From assembly GCA_964395095.1 (NCBI GenBank), contig CAYMZZ010000003.1, forward strand, positions 195,601 to 259,600: DNA of 64,000 bases, given 5' to 3'. Numbering within the stretch: position 1 is the stretch's first letter; each line of letters opens with the position of its first letter. Of the stretch, positions 26,489-37,758 are shown piece by piece. Source of the DNA: an uncultured Citrobacter sp. Lineage in GTDB: Bacteria > Bacteroidota > Bacteroidia > Chitinophagales > Chitinophagaceae. The notes beneath the pieces are model-generated. The model ran no database searches. It was not told where the DNA came from and worked only from the letters and a program-made list of their open reading frames with translations. Position numbers and translations under genes: made by a program.

Positions 26489-27553
26489 TCAGGCTTTTTT
26501 CAGCCAGTTTCCGTATTTTCTGTTTTCTCCTTTGTCTAAAAACGCGTCCAGCGCCTTTTCAATTCGTTCGTATTCCAGCAAAAATCCGTCGTGCCCAAAA
26601 TCGCTGGCTATGCTGAGAAATTGCGCGCCCTTGATATGCCGGTGCAGGAATTGCTGCTCTTCAATCGGGTAAAGTACATCCGATTCAATACCGATCACGA
26701 GGGTTTGCGCCTGTATTTTCTGGAGGGCGGCAATCAAACCTCCGCGGTTTCGCCCCACATCATGGCTGTCCATGGCCTGGGTGAGACGGTAATAGCAGAG
26801 GGCATTGAAGCGGTTCACCAGTTTCAAACCCTGGTAGCGTTGATAATTATCGGCGGCGTAAACGGCATCGGCCTGCATGGGCACAAAAGCCTTGTCGCGT
26901 GCCTGCGTGATCTGGTAGCCATTGTAGTGCCGGTACGATAGCAGGGCAATGGAGCGGGCCGCCGCCAGTCCTTTCTGACCCGCATCGGGTCTCCGTTCCA
27001 GCCAGCTACTATCGGCCTCAATGGCCATTCGCTGCGATGCGTTGAAAGCGATGCCCCAGGGTGATAAAGCCGCATTGGTAACGATGGGCACAATATGTTG
27101 AAACAGCTCCGGCTCTTCAATAGCCCATTCCAGCAATTGCATGCCGCCTGTGCTGCCGCCCAGGGCGAGCTGTATCCGCTGAATTCCGAGTGCCGTGCGC
27201 AACTCCTGAAAGCTGCGGATCATATCGCGGATGCTGAAGACCGGGAAATCATGATACCAGGGCTCATCCGTTGCCGGATTGATGGATAATGGCGAAATGC
27301 TGCCGTAGGGGCTGCCGGGTTTATTCACACATATAATGAAATAGCGATGGGGGTCAATAAACTTGCCTTCGCCTACCAGGCCCGGCCACCACTCCGCGGG
27401 GTTGGCATTGGCCGTAAGGGCGTGAAAGATCCAGACAACATTGTCGCCCGCAGCATTTAGCTTTCCATGTGTGGTATAGGCCAGGTGGTAACCCGGAAGG
27501 GTTACCCCTGACTCTAACCGAAAGGGTTGGGAATAATGAAATATACTAGTCAC
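26489..27553 (-). CDS. metX: homoserine O-acetyltransferase
   Basis: Alpha/beta hydrolase fold with ...VWIFHALTANA... and the nucleophile elbow GGSTGGMQ, at the typical MetX length. Confidence 0.85.
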   Translation of the reverse strand: MTSIFHYSQPFRLESGVTLPGYHLAYTTHGKLNAAGDNVVWIFHALTANANPAEWWPGLVGEGKFIDPHRYFIICVNKPGSPYGSISPLSINPATDEPWYHDFPVFSIRDMIRSFQELRTALGIQRIQLALGGSTGGMQLLEWAIEEPELFQHIVPIVTNAALSPWGIAFNASQRMAIEADSSWLERRPDAGQKGLAAARSIALLSYRHYNGYQITQARDKAFVPMQADAVYAADNYQRYQGLKLVNRFNALCYYRLTQAMDSHDVGRNRGGLIAALQKIQAQTLVIGIESDVLYPIEEQQFLHRHIKGAQFLSIASDFGHDGFLLEYERIEKALDAFLDKGENRKYGNWLKKA

Positions 27554-27554
27554 T

Positions 27555-28940
<1,386 letters not shown>

Positions 28941-29241
28941 TTACTCTATAAAGGTAGTAGACTTTTGAGGCTGATCCTGTTTCTTGAAATGTTAAATAAT
29001 ATTTACCCGGTCATTCGTGCAAGTAAGGATTAAAGCAAGGGCATTACCAAGTGCTATTGATCCGTTTGTGCTTTTGCATGAGGGTAGGGGTCATTTTCTT
29101 GATTGGTGCCGCTGTGCAACGGCGGATTGGGTTGGGCATTTGTTGCATTTGAATAAACATTTGTTGGTGCCTTGCGGCAATTGATGAAACAGTAGCTGCT
29201 GAGGAAAACTTAGCGAGAAAGAGAGGGGCTGGGCGGGTATG

Positions 29242-29274
29242 AAAAAAGCCCATCCTTAAGTCAGATGGGCTTTT
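29242..29274 (-). terminator. riboswitch expression-platform terminator
   Basis: The minus strand reads aaaagcccatc-tgacttaag-gatgggcttttttc, immediately 3' of the SAM-I aptamer. Confidence 0.7.
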
Positions 29275-29311
29275 AGCTAATATCATGCAATAATAGTAAT
29301 CAAGCGTGAGA

Positions 29312-29426
29312 TCTGACTTATCTGCCCCGGTTCACCGGGATGGATTTGGCACCTTTTCCTATGGGTACAGGTAGGTTGCCAAGGCTTCAAAGGGCCATAA
29401 CCCTCCGCCTTTCTTGATAAGTTATC
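29312..29426 (-). promoter_or_regulatory. SAM-I (S-box) riboswitch aptamer
   Basis: The minus strand reads cttatcaagaaaggcggagggttatggccctttgaagccttggcaacc...aaggtgccaaatccatcccggtgaaccggggcagataag. This matches the conserved P1 strands, GGCGGAGGGA, GGCCC, GAAGCC, GGCAACC and GGTGCCAAATCC blocks of SAM-I. Confidence 0.85.
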
Positions 29427-29464
29427 TAAAGAGCTGCGGCAAAAGTAGAGATTCGTGTCGATAT

Positions 29465-29507
29465 AAAAAAATAAATGGCCCTCCGAAGGGGGCCATTTAT
29501 TTTTTTA
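29465..29507. terminator. bidirectional hairpin terminator
   Basis: aaaaaaataaatggccc-tccgaa-gggggccatttattttttt has A and T runs on both sides. It is placed to stop the 29525..30181 gene on the minus strand. Confidence 0.65.
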
Positions 29508-29524
29508 TATCCTTAGCAGGCTGC

Positions 29525-30181
29525 TTACTGCGTAATTTGATTGGCGGCGGTAGTTTCAATGATTTTGGCGCCGCTGAAGTGTACGGGTTTGGCTTTTGCT
29601 ACGGCCGGTTTTTTAGTTTTACCCTTGGCGGCGGGAGCGGGCTCTTCTTTTTGCATGGCATCGGGTGTAAAGGCGATGGCAGGATCTGCAGCATCAAAAG
29701 TACATCCGAGGCAAATGTTCAGCACGTTCGCGTCACGGTCATAGATCATCACGCCTTCAGCGATGGATTTCGCATCTTTATCTTCACCCAGTTTTTGCGC
29801 GGGGATCTTATAAGTGGCGGGAGATTTACGCAGATTGGCTTTGATCAGGCCTGCTTCCAGTCCATCGATCCAAACAATACCCTTATTGGTTTCATCAAGG
29901 GTAATGGTAATCGTTTTGCTGCCACCATCGGCGGTAGTCAACTCATACTTACCAATAGCCGGGAAGATTTTTTCGGTCGTCAATGTTTCCGGCATCGGCT
30001 GCATCTTATAGGTTTCAGAAGTCCAGTTATTGTACTTATCACTGGTAGATGTGGGCGGAGCTTCCTGGGTAGGATTTTCCTGTACAGGCTTCTGTTCAGG
30101 AACCGGAACCGGTTCCGTTTGAGCGAATACGCCGGCTGTTAACAGTAAACTGGCGGCGGTTATCAATGCGGTCTTTTTCAT
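29525..30181 (-). CDS. exported hypothetical protein with Pro/Lys-rich ends
   Basis: 218 aa with signal peptide MKKTALITAASLLLTAGVFAQ. I recognise no domain. Confidence 0.6.
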   Translation of the reverse strand: MKKTALITAASLLLTAGVFAQTEPVPVPEQKPVQENPTQEAPPTSTSDKYNNWTSETYKMQPMPETLTTEKIFPAIGKYELTTADGGSKTITITLDETNKGIVWIDGLEAGLIKANLRKSPATYKIPAQKLGEDKDAKSIAEGVMIYDRDANVLNICLGCTFDAADPAIAFTPDAMQKEEPAPAAKGKTKKPAVAKAKPVHFSGAKIIETTAANQITQ

Positions 30182-30450
30182 AAAATTTGCTTTTAAATTT
30201 TTTATTGGTACCTGGTGTTTGACCTACACTCTTTAAATTTTGTGCCAAAAATGAATTTTGTTGGAAAAAACTGAAAAAATCAGGGTTTTTAGCCATCAAA
30301 AGGATGGAATTAAGTGTTTTAGGTAAAGGGTTTCCGTATAAATACGGAGCCGCAAGGGCCGCGGTTAACGGGCGGCTTTCCGTAAATTTGGGTCTTGTTG
30401 GTTGCCCGGCGGGCAGCCTTTGTTGTTAGTGGCAATTGAATACCTACCGA

Positions 30451-33423
30451 ATGAATGAATCTACCAAAAAGAAAAGAAGCAAAGCGCAAGTAGCCGATGA
30501 AGCCCTGGTTGAAACGGACCCTGTAAAGGCCTCCTCCAGCATTGAAGTATTTGGCGCACGGGTGCATAATCTGAAGAATATTGATATTACCATTCCCAAG
30601 CAGCAGTTGGTTGTTATAACCGGCATCAGCGGTAGTGGCAAATCTTCCCTCGCTTTTGATACCATCTATTCCGAAGGGCAACGTCGCTATATGGAAACAT
30701 TCGGTACCTATGCGCGCCAGTTTATTGGCGATATGGAAAGGCCGGATGTGGACAAGATTACGGGGCTGTCGCCTGTCATCAGCATTGAACAGAAAACCAC
30801 CAATAAAAATCCGCGCTCCACCGTAGGTACCATCACGGAGATCTATGATTTTTTCCGGCTTCTGTACGCACGCATTGGCGAAGCCTATTCGTACAATACC
30901 GGTAAGAAAATGGTGAAATGGAGTGAGGAAGAGATTGTGGCGAATATTTTTGATCGGTTCCAGGGACGGAGGATCAGCCTGCTGGCGCCACTGGTGCGTG
31001 GCCGTAAGGGTCATTACCGCGAGTTGTTTGAAGACCTGCGCAAGAAAGGCTACCTCCGTGTGCGGGTAGATGGGGAAGTGCAGGAACTCGTACCCAAAAT
31101 GCAGGTGGATCGCTATAAAATTCACGATATAGAATTAGTGGTCGATCGTTTACAGGTAACCGATGACCTGAAAGCGCGATTGAGCCAGAGTGTGCAGCAA
31201 ACGCTGAAACTGGGGAAAGACCTGCTGTTTGTATTGCTGGAACCGGAGAAGGAGGCAGGCGGTAAACCGGCTGGCAACCGCAAGGGGGCAAAGTCGAATC
31301 AGTCGGAACTGTTTGCCGGCAAGGCCGGCGAGTTGGTGCAATACAGCAAGCTGCTGATGTGCGAAGACACCGGCATCAGCTATGAGGAACCCTCGCCCAA
31401 TGCATTTTCCTTCAATTCGCCCTATGGTGCCTGCCCCGATTGTCGTGGCCTTGGTACCAGTTACCATATCAATATGGAAGCGGTGATTCCCGATGCCACA
31501 CTCAGCATTAATGATGGAGGTATAGCGCCATTGGGGGAAGAAAGGGAAGCCTATGTATTTAAGCAGGCACAGGAACTGGCGAAGAAAAATAAAATATCGC
31601 TGACAAAACCCATTGAATCACTGCCACAGAAATCGCTCAACCTGATCTTGTATGGCAACGAGGAGGGGATAGAGTCGGAAATCGATTTCGAGAATATGAA
31701 ATTTGATCCGCAGGCCCCCTACGAAGGGATTGTGAATATGCTGAAGCGTTGGTTCAATAGCGGCTATAGCGAAGGACTGCGCGAATGGGCCGAAGGTTTT
31801 ATGCAATTACGCCCCTGCGATACCTGTGGCGGTACCCGGTTGAAAAAAGAAAGCCTTTGGTTTCGTGTGGATAACCGGAATATTTCCGAACTCAGCGATA
31901 TGAACCTCGACAATCTCGCGGCCTGGATGGATGGGTTGGAATTGCGGATCGACAACAAGCAGAAATTAATTGCAAGGGATGTGCTGAAAGAAATCCGGGA
32001 GCGTTTACAGTTTTTGCTCAATGTAGGACTCACCTATCTCACCCTCAACCGGCCCTCCAAAACATTGAGTGGTGGCGAATCGCAAAGGATCAGGCTGGCC
32101 ACGCAGATCGGCTCGCAATTGCAGGGCATCACCTATATTTTGGATGAACCTTCGATTGGTTTGCACCAACGCGACAATCACCGATTGATAGATGCGCTGA
32201 AAAACCTGCGTGATATCGGCAACAGTGTGTTGGTTGTTGAGCACGACAAGGATATCATGATGGCGGCTGATCATTTGATAGATATCGGTCCCCGGGCGGG
32301 CTATCACGGGGGGCGGGTAGTGGCGGAAGGGAAGCCGGCTTCGATGTTGAAGCTGGATACACTGACAGCAGGCTATCTCAACGGGAAGCATCGCATAGCC
32401 GTGCCGGTTGAACGCCGGACGGGAAGCGGAAAGTTTTTGGAGCTGAAAGGAGCAACAGGCAATAACCTGCAGAATGTGAGTGTGAAATTTCCCCTGGGAA
32501 AATTTATTGTGGTAACGGGAGTAAGCGGTAGTGGGAAATCGACCCTGATCAATGAAACACTCTATCCCATACTCGCCACGCATGCCTATGGCTCCCGGGT
32601 ATCGCCCCTGCCTTACAGGAATATTAAGGGGCTGGAGCATATCGACAAGGTGATTGAAATTGATCAGTCGCCGATCGGGCGAACGCCCCGCAGCAATCCG
32701 GCCACTTATTGTGGTTTCTTTACCGAAATCAGAACCCTTTTTGCTTCTGTACCGGAAGCCAGGATCAGGGGCTATAACGCGGGTCGCTTTTCCTTCAATG
32801 TGAAGAACGGACGTTGCGATGTGTGTGAAGGAGGAGGTATGCGCGTGATTGAAATGAACTTTTTGCCGGACGTGTATGTGCATTGCGAAAAATGCAACGG
32901 CAAGCGCTATAACCGCGAAACCCTCGAGATACGCTACAAAGGCAAATCCATCGCTGATGTGCTGGAGATGACCGTGGAGGAAGCCTGCGAATTTTTCCAG
33001 GCCGTGCCCTTTATCCATCGCAAGATCAAAGTGCTGGAGGAAGTGGGCCTGGGCTATATTACCCTGGGTCAATCGGCCGTAACCCTGAGCGGGGGCGAGG
33101 CGCAACGTGTGAAACTTTCTACCGAGCTGGGCAAGCGTGATACCGGAAAAACCTTCTATATCCTCGACGAGCCCACCACGGGTTTGCATTTTGAAGATAT
33201 CCGGCATCTGCTCGATGTGCTCAATAAGCTGGTGGATCGTGGCAATACGGTATTAGTGATTGAACACAATATGGACGTAATTAAGGTGGCCGATCACATA
33301 ATAGACATAGGCCCCGAAGGCGGCGATGGGGGAGGAAGGGTGTTGTTTGAAGGAACACCGGAAGAGTTAGTAAAAGTGGAGGAGAGTCATACGGGGAAGT
33401 TTTTGCAAGCAGAGCTTGTTTGA
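30451..33423 (+). CDS. uvrA: excinuclease ABC subunit A
   Basis: Two ABC modules (GISGSGKSSLAFDTIY and GVSGSGKSTLINETLY), signature LSGGESQRIRLA/LSGGEAQRVKL and zinc modules CPDCRG and CDVCEGGG...CEKCNG. The ATG at 30451 is preferred over the TTG at 30436. Confidence 0.95.
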   Translation: MNESTKKKRSKAQVADEALVETDPVKASSSIEVFGARVHNLKNIDITIPKQQLVVITGISGSGKSSLAFDTIYSEGQRRYMETFGTYARQFIGDMERPDVDKITGLSPVISIEQKTTNKNPRSTVGTITEIYDFFRLLYARIGEAYSYNTGKKMVKWSEEEIVANIFDRFQGRRISLLAPLVRGRKGHYRELFEDLRKKGYLRVRVDGEVQELVPKMQVDRYKIHDIELVVDRLQVTDDLKARLSQSVQQTLKLGKDLLFVLLEPEKEAGGKPAGNRKGAKSNQSELFAGKAGELVQYSKLLMCEDTGISYEEPSPNAFSFNSPYGACPDCRGLGTSYHINMEAVIPDATLSINDGGIAPLGEEREAYVFKQAQELAKKNKISLTKPIESLPQKSLNLILYGNEEGIESEIDFENMKFDPQAPYEGIVNMLKRWFNSGYSEGLREWAEGFMQLRPCDTCGGTRLKKESLWFRVDNRNISELSDMNLDNLAAWMDGLELRIDNKQKLIARDVLKEIRERLQFLLNVGLTYLTLNRPSKTLSGGESQRIRLATQIGSQLQGITYILDEPSIGLHQRDNHRLIDALKNLRDIGNSVLVVEHDKDIMMAADHLIDIGPRAGYHGGRVVAEGKPASMLKLDTLTAGYLNGKHRIAVPVERRTGSGKFLELKGATGNNLQNVSVKFPLGKFIVVTGVSGSGKSTLINETLYPILATHAYGSRVSPLPYRNIKGLEHIDKVIEIDQSPIGRTPRSNPATYCGFFTEIRTLFASVPEARIRGYNAGRFSFNVKNGRCDVCEGGGMRVIEMNFLPDVYVHCEKCNGKRYNRETLEIRYKGKSIADVLEMTVEEACEFFQAVPFIHRKIKVLEEVGLGYITLGQSAVTLSGGEAQRVKLSTELGKRDTGKTFYILDEPTTGLHFEDIRHLLDVLNKLVDRGNTVLVIEHNMDVIKVADHIIDIGPEGGDGGGRVLFEGTPEELVKVEESHTGKFLQAELV

Positions 33424-33560
33424 GTTGTAAGTTATAAGTTATAAGTTTTAAGTTGAAGTAATTTGAACAGACTTAATAATTGATATAGTTGAATATTATG
33501 TATCGAACTCAATACTTACAACTTAAAACTTATAACTTAAAACTTACAACTTAAAACTTC
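33424..33560. repeat. inverted word-repeat element (GTTATAAG/GTTTTAAG words) between convergent genes
   Basis: gttgtaagttataagttataagttttaagttgaag ... cttacaacttaaaacttataacttaaaacttacaacttaaaacttcc. Confidence 0.8.
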
Positions 33561-33565
33561 CCCCC

Positions 33566-33958
33566 TCACTTTTCCAACTGCTCCGGCTTCACCACCCACA
33601 CCAGCACTGCTCCAGCCACCCCGGCAATAATGGCGAGCCAAATGCCAAAGGAGGTAAATTCCGATTGGCGGAGATACTGAATCAGCGCAAACAGTCCCGC
33701 TCCGGCGAAACAGGCTGCGGCTATCATTTTGAATTGAGGAGAATAGGGCTTTTCCTTTTCCTTGTCCAAAAAAGTAACGATGCCTGCGCCTACAAATCCC
33801 AGGAAGGTAAGGATACCGAGGTCGCGCATACCATTCGCGGAGCCGCCCACGATTCCCATGAATTCGATTTTCCACCAGGGAAGAAATACAGAAATCAGTC
33901 CAACGCCTGCTACAATAAGGCCGTAAAGTTTTTGCTTGTGAAATTTCATTTGTTCCAT
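33566..33958 (-). CDS. small integral membrane protein (hypothetical)
   Basis: 130 aa with four predicted hydrophobic helices (LIVAGVGLISVFLPWW, LGILTFLGFVGAGIVTF, MIAAACFAGAGLFALI, FGIWLAIIAGVAGAVLVWVV). It is chosen over the overlapping 33537..34043 frame. Confidence 0.6.
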   Translation of the reverse strand: MEQMKFHKQKLYGLIVAGVGLISVFLPWWKIEFMGIVGGSANGMRDLGILTFLGFVGAGIVTFLDKEKEKPYSPQFKMIAAACFAGAGLFALIQYLRQSEFTSFGIWLAIIAGVAGAVLVWVVKPEQLEK

Positions 33959-34111
33959 GTTGATGGTTGGTTTTGATGATGCCTACTTCTGGCTTTCGGC
34001 TATTCCCCTGTAAATCGCTTACAGGCATGTGGTTTTGATCCATTCTAATGTAAGGATGTTTTTGGGATTAGCGCCGAATTGTATATGATTTTTTTCTAAC
34101 CTTTCATGCAC

Positions 34112-34145
34112 AAAAAAAGGCAGGAGCACCTTGCGGTGTCCTGCC
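34112..34145 (-). terminator. intrinsic terminator (minus strand)
   Basis: The minus strand reads ggcaggacacc-gcaa-ggtgctcctgcc followed by T7. Confidence 0.65.
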
Positions 34146-34343
34146 TGTTGATTCTTAGTTATGAGTAAAAGAAAAGAGCTCGAAAAAAAAGTCCGGTAAG
34201 CCGGGTGCGGAAAGTGTTTAATAAAATGTATACTAATGAGAGTACCAATAGAGAACGGATCAGGTTTGATCAACCAGGGTATCAGATTCTATTAAGCTCT
34301 CCGCGGCTTACCGGAACAGCGTTGAATTATGTAAAGAACAGAA

Positions 34344-34751
34344 TTATCTAATTTCAAATTGCCCCGACGCAGTTTCCTCGTCACCGGCAAACACATGATA
34401 CACATATTTGCCGCGGGCCAGGTCTACCAGTTTTTCATGGTCACCCGCTTCCATCTTATAATGTTGGATAAGGGTACCCTGCAGATCGAATACGAAAAAG
34501 TCGATTTCCTGCGTCAGCCCGTCCTTGGCGACCACATGCATCACTCTTTTCCACATATCGGGATAGATCTTGATCACATGGTTTTTCCGGGAAGATCGGT
34601 TTCGGCCTTTCTCGCCTGTCTTCTTTTCTTCAGGGTTTTCCTTCATGCTGCGGGTATGTCCCGCACTGGCGATCAGCGTGTGATTCGGTGCTACCGACAA
34701 CAAGCTGAAGCATACGCCGGCAATGAAGGGTTTCTTCAGGTTTAGTTTCAT
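34344..34751 (-). CDS. small secreted protein with T9SS type A C-terminal sorting domain
   Basis: 135 aa with a signal peptide. The C-terminus IKIYPDMWKRVMHVVAKDGLTQEIDFFVFDLQGTLIQHYKM...LARGKYVYHVFAGDEETASGQFEIR fits the Por secretion tail pattern. Confidence 0.55.
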   Translation of the reverse strand: MKLNLKKPFIAGVCFSLLSVAPNHTLIASAGHTRSMKENPEEKKTGEKGRNRSSRKNHVIKIYPDMWKRVMHVVAKDGLTQEIDFFVFDLQGTLIQHYKMEAGDHEKLVDLARGKYVYHVFAGDEETASGQFEIR

Positions 34752-34781
34752 AAGGGTTCGGGTTTTATGGGATGTTGCTTC

Positions 34782-35747
34782 TTAATAGAAAACAGGACAT
34801 CTCATCTGACGGCGGCTCATCTTGTCGCCCTCGCTATTCAACCTCCAGCCAAAGCGCAGGAAGGTGGAAAAAAACGCATCATTCTCGGTGGGGTCGCCGC
34901 GCTGGAAGGTCTGGATATTACCAGGATTGGAAACCGCACTCTGATAATTTCCGCGATAGTACAGGCGACGTGCCCTGGCTGCATCACCAGCCGACAAATA
35001 GGTATTAAAGTGCACCGGATCAATATAGCCTGTGCTCACATCATCGATATAGTCGGTGAATGTTTGGCGGTGCAATACCTCCAGGCCCACATACATGTTT
35101 TCCTTCAGATAATATTTGAAACCAAATCCCATCGGGATCTCGGCTTGTATCAATTTATACTCCTTACGGTCGGGGTATTCGGCCATACCCTGGCCTTCGA
35201 GGCGGAGCGGCTGCAGGGCCACCCATTCTCCATTTACGTCCTGCGCCTTGGGATTAAAGCGGAAAGCACCTACACCAATCACGCCATAAGGACGAAACTT
35301 GCCCATAAGGCCCTCGTATGATTCAAAGAACACGGTGGGATAAATTTCCGCAGCCGCATATACTTCGGTTACCGACGATTTAAAGCTCAGGTTTCGTAAC
35401 AGGCGATCCACTTCCGCGCCACCCTTGTTGGGCGCTTCCGCATCATCACCGGATATGGTACCATGATTCAGTGCCAGGCGAAGACCCAGCCACTCGGATG
35501 GATAATAACTTCCATAAATGCTGAAGCCAAATCTGGTCATGGGAAAATCAAGGTCCTTCACAAAGGGCTTACCGATACCGGCGGATCCGCCTAGGTCGCC
35601 CAGGAAGAACATGGGGCCCATGCCCACACTGATTTCATACTGGCCATTTCCGGCTGATAGGGATTGCGCTGTCGCCTTGCTGGAACCGGCAAATTGTAAT
35701 GCCGCAAGGACAGCACAGCTTACTGCTGTACGTAGAAAGGTTCTCAT
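34782..35747 (-). CDS. outer-membrane beta-barrel protein (DUF6089-like)
   Basis: 321 aa with a signal peptide, alternating beta-strand pattern and aromatic C-terminus ...RCPVFY. The N-terminal block YEISVGMGPMFFLGDLGG is typical of this Bacteroidota family. Confidence 0.6.
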   Translation of the reverse strand: MRTFLRTAVSCAVLAALQFAGSSKATAQSLSAGNGQYEISVGMGPMFFLGDLGGSAGIGKPFVKDLDFPMTRFGFSIYGSYYPSEWLGLRLALNHGTISGDDAEAPNKGGAEVDRLLRNLSFKSSVTEVYAAAEIYPTVFFESYEGLMGKFRPYGVIGVGAFRFNPKAQDVNGEWVALQPLRLEGQGMAEYPDRKEYKLIQAEIPMGFGFKYYLKENMYVGLEVLHRQTFTDYIDDVSTGYIDPVHFNTYLSAGDAARARRLYYRGNYQSAVSNPGNIQTFQRGDPTENDAFFSTFLRFGWRLNSEGDKMSRRQMRCPVFY

Positions 35748-35877
35748 AGATTCAGATTTCTGGTTAAATTCTGCTATTGGATTTCAAGGCCAAAATAGGG
35801 AAAGAAAAACCGAAGAGTGAAATGATTTGGCTTATTTTTTTTATTGTGCAGGCCTTTCCTGTTTTTTTACCTCGTGT

Positions 35878-36354
35878 TTATACGATGGGTACAGGTCGTG
35901 TCATTTCGATATGGGGAATACCATCTTCCAAATACATTTCTCCCGACTGCACAAAGCCCAATGATTCATAAAAGGCTTTCAGGTAGCGCTGTGCGCCAAT
36001 GCGAATGGGTTGTCGTCCAAACAACTCTTCTGTATGCTTAATGCTTTCCTGCATGAGTTCCCGGCCCAGTCCGGTGCCTCGTGCAGCCAAAGCGGTAACT
36101 ACCCGCCCGATGGATGCATATTCATAAGCCACGCCGGGTGGTACCAGCCGTGTAGCAGCCAACAATTCGGCACCCCGCCAGCCCATCAGGTGCCAGCAAT
36201 CCTGGTCCATATTGTCCATATCGAGGAATATACAGGCCTGCTCCACTACAAATACTTCGGAACGCAGCCGGAGCAGGGCATATAATTCGTGGGGACTGAG
36301 CGCATCGAAGCTGCGCAGACGCCACTCGATGGTATGTGATGTTGTATCCGACAT
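35878..36354 (-). CDS. GNAT family N-acetyltransferase (ElaA-like)
   Basis: 158 aa; LYALLRLRSEVFVVEQACIFLDMD...GRVVTALAARGTGLGRELM is an ElaA-type acetyl-CoA binding motif. Confidence 0.8.
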   Translation of the reverse strand: MSDTTSHTIEWRLRSFDALSPHELYALLRLRSEVFVVEQACIFLDMDNMDQDCWHLMGWRGAELLAATRLVPPGVAYEYASIGRVVTALAARGTGLGRELMQESIKHTEELFGRQPIRIGAQRYLKAFYESLGFVQSGEMYLEDGIPHIEMTRPVPIV

Positions 36355-36356
36355 GT

Positions 36357-37706
36357 TTATCGGCCGGGCATGGGGATCACGGGAAGGCTTTCATTGCCTT
36401 CCTCGCTCACCGATTGTACGCCAAAGAAATAATTGTCTTTTGAATAGGGGAGATCCAGCTCCGTGCTGGCCGTAAAAATTTTCTTTTCCCATACAGGGCT
36501 GCTGGTTTCCCGGATCAGCACATAATAGCCTTTCACTTTTCCTGTAGCGGGCGCCTTCCAGCGTATATTACTGTAATTGGTCAGCCGGCGCGTGAGGATG
36601 CTTACATCCTGTGGTTGCGCAGGCGCCTTGGCCAGGTTGGCCAGGCACGACAAATTCATGGCCGTATTCTTTCGCAGGTATTCAAAATCCATAAACTCCG
36701 GCAGGTCGCCATACTGAATTGTATTCTCCTTCCGCACGTCCTGGTGCTGGTGATAATAGTTCTCGTTCATTTCGGTGATGCGCACGGCAGCATATCCCTG
36801 CGCCACGAAGGGTGTATGGTCGCCGCCACGGAGAAAGCGGTCGTTGCGATAAATCATTTTCACTTCGAGCTGATCCACATAGCGTTCACCCACTTCCTTG
36901 ATATAACGTGCCAATTGCCGGGCTTTTCCATCATTTTCGAGGCCCAGGCTGCGAATCTGTTGAAAACGGCGGCCGGTATCGGCTACCGAAAAGGCTTCGC
37001 TGAAGATGCGTACCTGCGTGTTGTTGATGACATTGGTTTCATTACTATTATTGCTGCCCATGATGTCATTGTTCAGCATGGCTTCAATCTTCCAGTCATC
37101 CTTCTTAGCCTTTGCCGCCAGGAAATTGGCGCCAAGCAATCCCTGTTCCTCTCCACTAAAGGCGATAAAGATAATCGTGGCGGGAAAGCTGCGGCTGCTC
37201 ATGATGCGGGCGCATTCCATCACGGCTGCCACCCCACTCGCGTCATCATTGGCGCCTGGTGCATCGCCTTCGCGATCCATCACACTGCTACGCATATTAT
37301 CGAGGTGGGCGCTGATGATGAAGAGCCGCTGATCATTTGGATCTGTTCCTTTCAGGATGCCCATCACATTGCCCAGCAGAATGGGCTTATCTACCCGGCG
37401 ACCATCAGGCTGAAGCGTAACAGTATCGATATAAGCATTCATGCGTCCATTGGAGGCTTTGCCAAATTCCACAAAACGCTTCAGCACCCATTGCCTGGCC
37501 GCACCAATACCCCTTGTACTGCTTTCCTGTGTGCTCAATGTATTACGCGTTCCAAACCCTACCATGCTGCGTACATAGGATTCCAGCGAATCGGCCGACA
37601 CTTCCGCTACCATTTTAGCGATGATCGGATCACGGTTCACGGTTGTTTGCGCACGGGAAATACTGCCACAGAAAAGAACAGTCATCAAAAGAAGGGGCTT
37701 TCTCAT
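36357..37706 (-). CDS. M28 family metallopeptidase with C-terminal FN3-like domain
   Basis: Signal peptide, then HLDNM...GANDDASGVAAVMECARI...FSGEEQGLLGANFLA metal ligand blocks. Confidence 0.85.
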   Translation of the reverse strand: MRKPLLLMTVLFCGSISRAQTTVNRDPIIAKMVAEVSADSLESYVRSMVGFGTRNTLSTQESSTRGIGAARQWVLKRFVEFGKASNGRMNAYIDTVTLQPDGRRVDKPILLGNVMGILKGTDPNDQRLFIISAHLDNMRSSVMDREGDAPGANDDASGVAAVMECARIMSSRSFPATIIFIAFSGEEQGLLGANFLAAKAKKDDWKIEAMLNNDIMGSNNSNETNVINNTQVRIFSEAFSVADTGRRFQQIRSLGLENDGKARQLARYIKEVGERYVDQLEVKMIYRNDRFLRGGDHTPFVAQGYAAVRITEMNENYYHQHQDVRKENTIQYGDLPEFMDFEYLRKNTAMNLSCLANLAKAPAQPQDVSILTRRLTNYSNIRWKAPATGKVKGYYVLIRETSSPVWEKKIFTASTELDLPYSKDNYFFGVQSVSEEGNESLPVIPMPGR

Positions 37707-37758
37707 ATGCTATATTTGGTTTGCGAATATAAGTAAAACGAAAAGCCGGGAAAGCAGT

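Noticed and set aside
29044-29286. 80-aa minus-strand ORF between the SAM riboswitch and metY
   Set aside because: It starts inside the riboswitch expression platform and reads through the terminator hairpin. It has low-complexity sequence and no ribosome-binding context.
32005-33207. 400-aa minus-strand ORF (also 30319..31125)
   Set aside because: Both are antisense to uvrA, whose identity is certain. They are shadow ORFs.
33537-34043. 168-aa minus-strand ORF overlapping the small membrane protein gene
   Set aside because: It is an alternative frame of the same region. The 33566..33958 frame gives four clean hydrophobic helices, whereas this frame is Arg/Gly/Trp-rich with no features.
36615-37736. 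373-aa plus-strand ORF
   Set aside because: It is antisense to the M28 peptidase gene and has no motifs.
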